Source: Paragordius varius (taxonomy: Eukaryota; Animalia; Nematomorpha). From it: a DNA stretch of 64,000 bases. The translations under genes were made by a program, and so were the position numbers. The notes beneath the pieces were generated by a model, which worked only from the letters and a program-made list of their open reading frames with translations, was not told the DNA's origin and did no database searches. Of this stretch, positions 62,823 through 64,000 are shown in pieces; positions within the stretch are counted from its first letter, which is position 1; the number at the start of each line of letters is the position of its first letter. Location of the stretch: assembly GCA_964247055.1 (NCBI GenBank), contig OZ176055.1, positions 496,001 to 560,000 on the forward strand, in the 5' to 3' direction.

Positions 62823-63850
62823 CAGTCATGTAGACCTTATTTTATCAAAAATTTACTTTTTTTGTTAAATGTGTATAAATATTTGGTAAAGAATAGAAAA
62901 ACAAGAGCTCTATGGTATTAACCATATCATATTTATTAAAAGAGTAAAAGGAGTGAGGGGGAAGGGCGTCGGAAATTTTTAAAAAATGAAAATCTTTAAA
63001 TGTTGTTAAATAGGAATGGTAATATTTTTGTTAATTTTTTGACAAAATTTTATATATTAATTTTTTTGATAAAATATTTAACACCTAGCAATCCCAGACT
63101 AAATTTGGATTAGAATTTTTAAAAAACTAGTGAAAAAAGCGGTCCCATTTTAAATTTATGCTTTTTATCTAATAAAAATTATATAAATATGCCAAAATAT
63201 CAAAATAAAATTTTGTTATAAAAAAATCCATGTCAAACTACTTCGACGCCATTTCGCTACAAAATTTTTGTATCGTGTTAATTTAATTTTAAGGGTAAAA
63301 TTGAAACTAATTTTTTTAAATCACATCCAACATTGCTAGAAATAGAAAAGCGATTATTTTGTATTATTTTTCTATTTTATCTTTCGGTTTTAGCTTAAAA
63401 ATGAATGTGTTGTATTCATGTGTTAAACAAAACAAATTATCCACTTAAATATAAATTTTATGTATAGGTAAAAAATATATATTATAATTTATTTAATAGG
63501 ATATCACATCCTAACGAAATTGGATCAAATTGATTATTTAATGTAGCATCTATCGTGAATATCCCTTTTAAAATCGTTTCCATATCAAAACAAAAAAATT
63601 ATAATTGAGATAAAAATTACGATTTTCCTAATCTTTTTATACAATAATTTTAAGTGAACGGTTAGTAGTTAGTGTATTTTCATTTTTTACCAAAGATTTC
63701 CGATTCCCTTCCCCCACACTTCTTTTACGCTTTTAAAGAATATGATATGGTTAATACCATAGAGCTCTTGTGTTTCTATTCTTTTCCATAAATTTATACC
63801 CATTAAACGAAAAAAAGTAAATTTATGATAAAATGAAGTCTACATGACTG
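62823..63850. mobile_element. ~1.03-kb foldback / non-autonomous DNA transposon with ~130-bp TIRs and TA flanks
   Basis: TA|CAGTCATGTAGAC...AAACAAGAGCTCTATGGTATTAACCATATCATATT and the mirror AATATGATATGGTTAATACCATAGAGCTCTTGTG...GTCTACATGACTG|TA. No ORF. Confidence 0.85.
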
Positions 63851-64000
63851 TATTACCATGTTTATTGAATTTGCTCAACAAGCCTTATCATCATAAATAT
63901 TCATATTTCCATGCATTTTTCTTGTTTAAATGATTATTCTGTGTGCTTTGCATTGCTTTCCTTATTATTATCTTATCCGCTTTTTTATAAGATAGTGCAT

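Noticed and set aside
1-64000. Species assignment (AT richness, tiny introns and orphan secreted/membrane genes suggest a reduced, possibly parasitic invertebrate)
   Set aside because: Suggestive only. It needs BLAST or phylogeny of BARD1/CCDC51, which I cannot run.

Overview
This is AT-rich, intron-containing animal (metazoan) genomic DNA; it is not prokaryotic and has no CRISPR array or rRNA. The exact taxon cannot be established from sequence alone. All exon models were traced by hand from GT/AG sites, frame continuity and codon content, and none has transcript support. Left to right: (1) a two-exon secreted prepropeptide gene (1335-2035) with 14 consecutive X-Ala/X-Pro dipeptides and a CxxxC-x10-CxxxC mature peptide; (2) a decayed LINE; (3) tRNA-Arg(TCT); (4) CCDC51/MITOK (minus) head-to-head with BARD1 (plus), with start codons 67 bp apart and introns of only 25-32 nt; (5) a ~19-kb, ~36-exon plus-strand gene for a probable type I membrane protein whose 34 internal exons are all phase 1-1, 14 of them 12-27-nt microexons; (6) two clear, and one decayed, tandem minus-strand paralogs of an unrecognised gene family with conserved exon phases; (7) tRNA-Gly(CCC). 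Introns are packed with TA-flanked MITEs, including about 27 near-complete copies of one ~285-bp family. The window also holds a 5'-inverted RTE LINE, a rearranged Gypsy remnant, a decayed mariner, hAT ends and a 1-kb foldback element.
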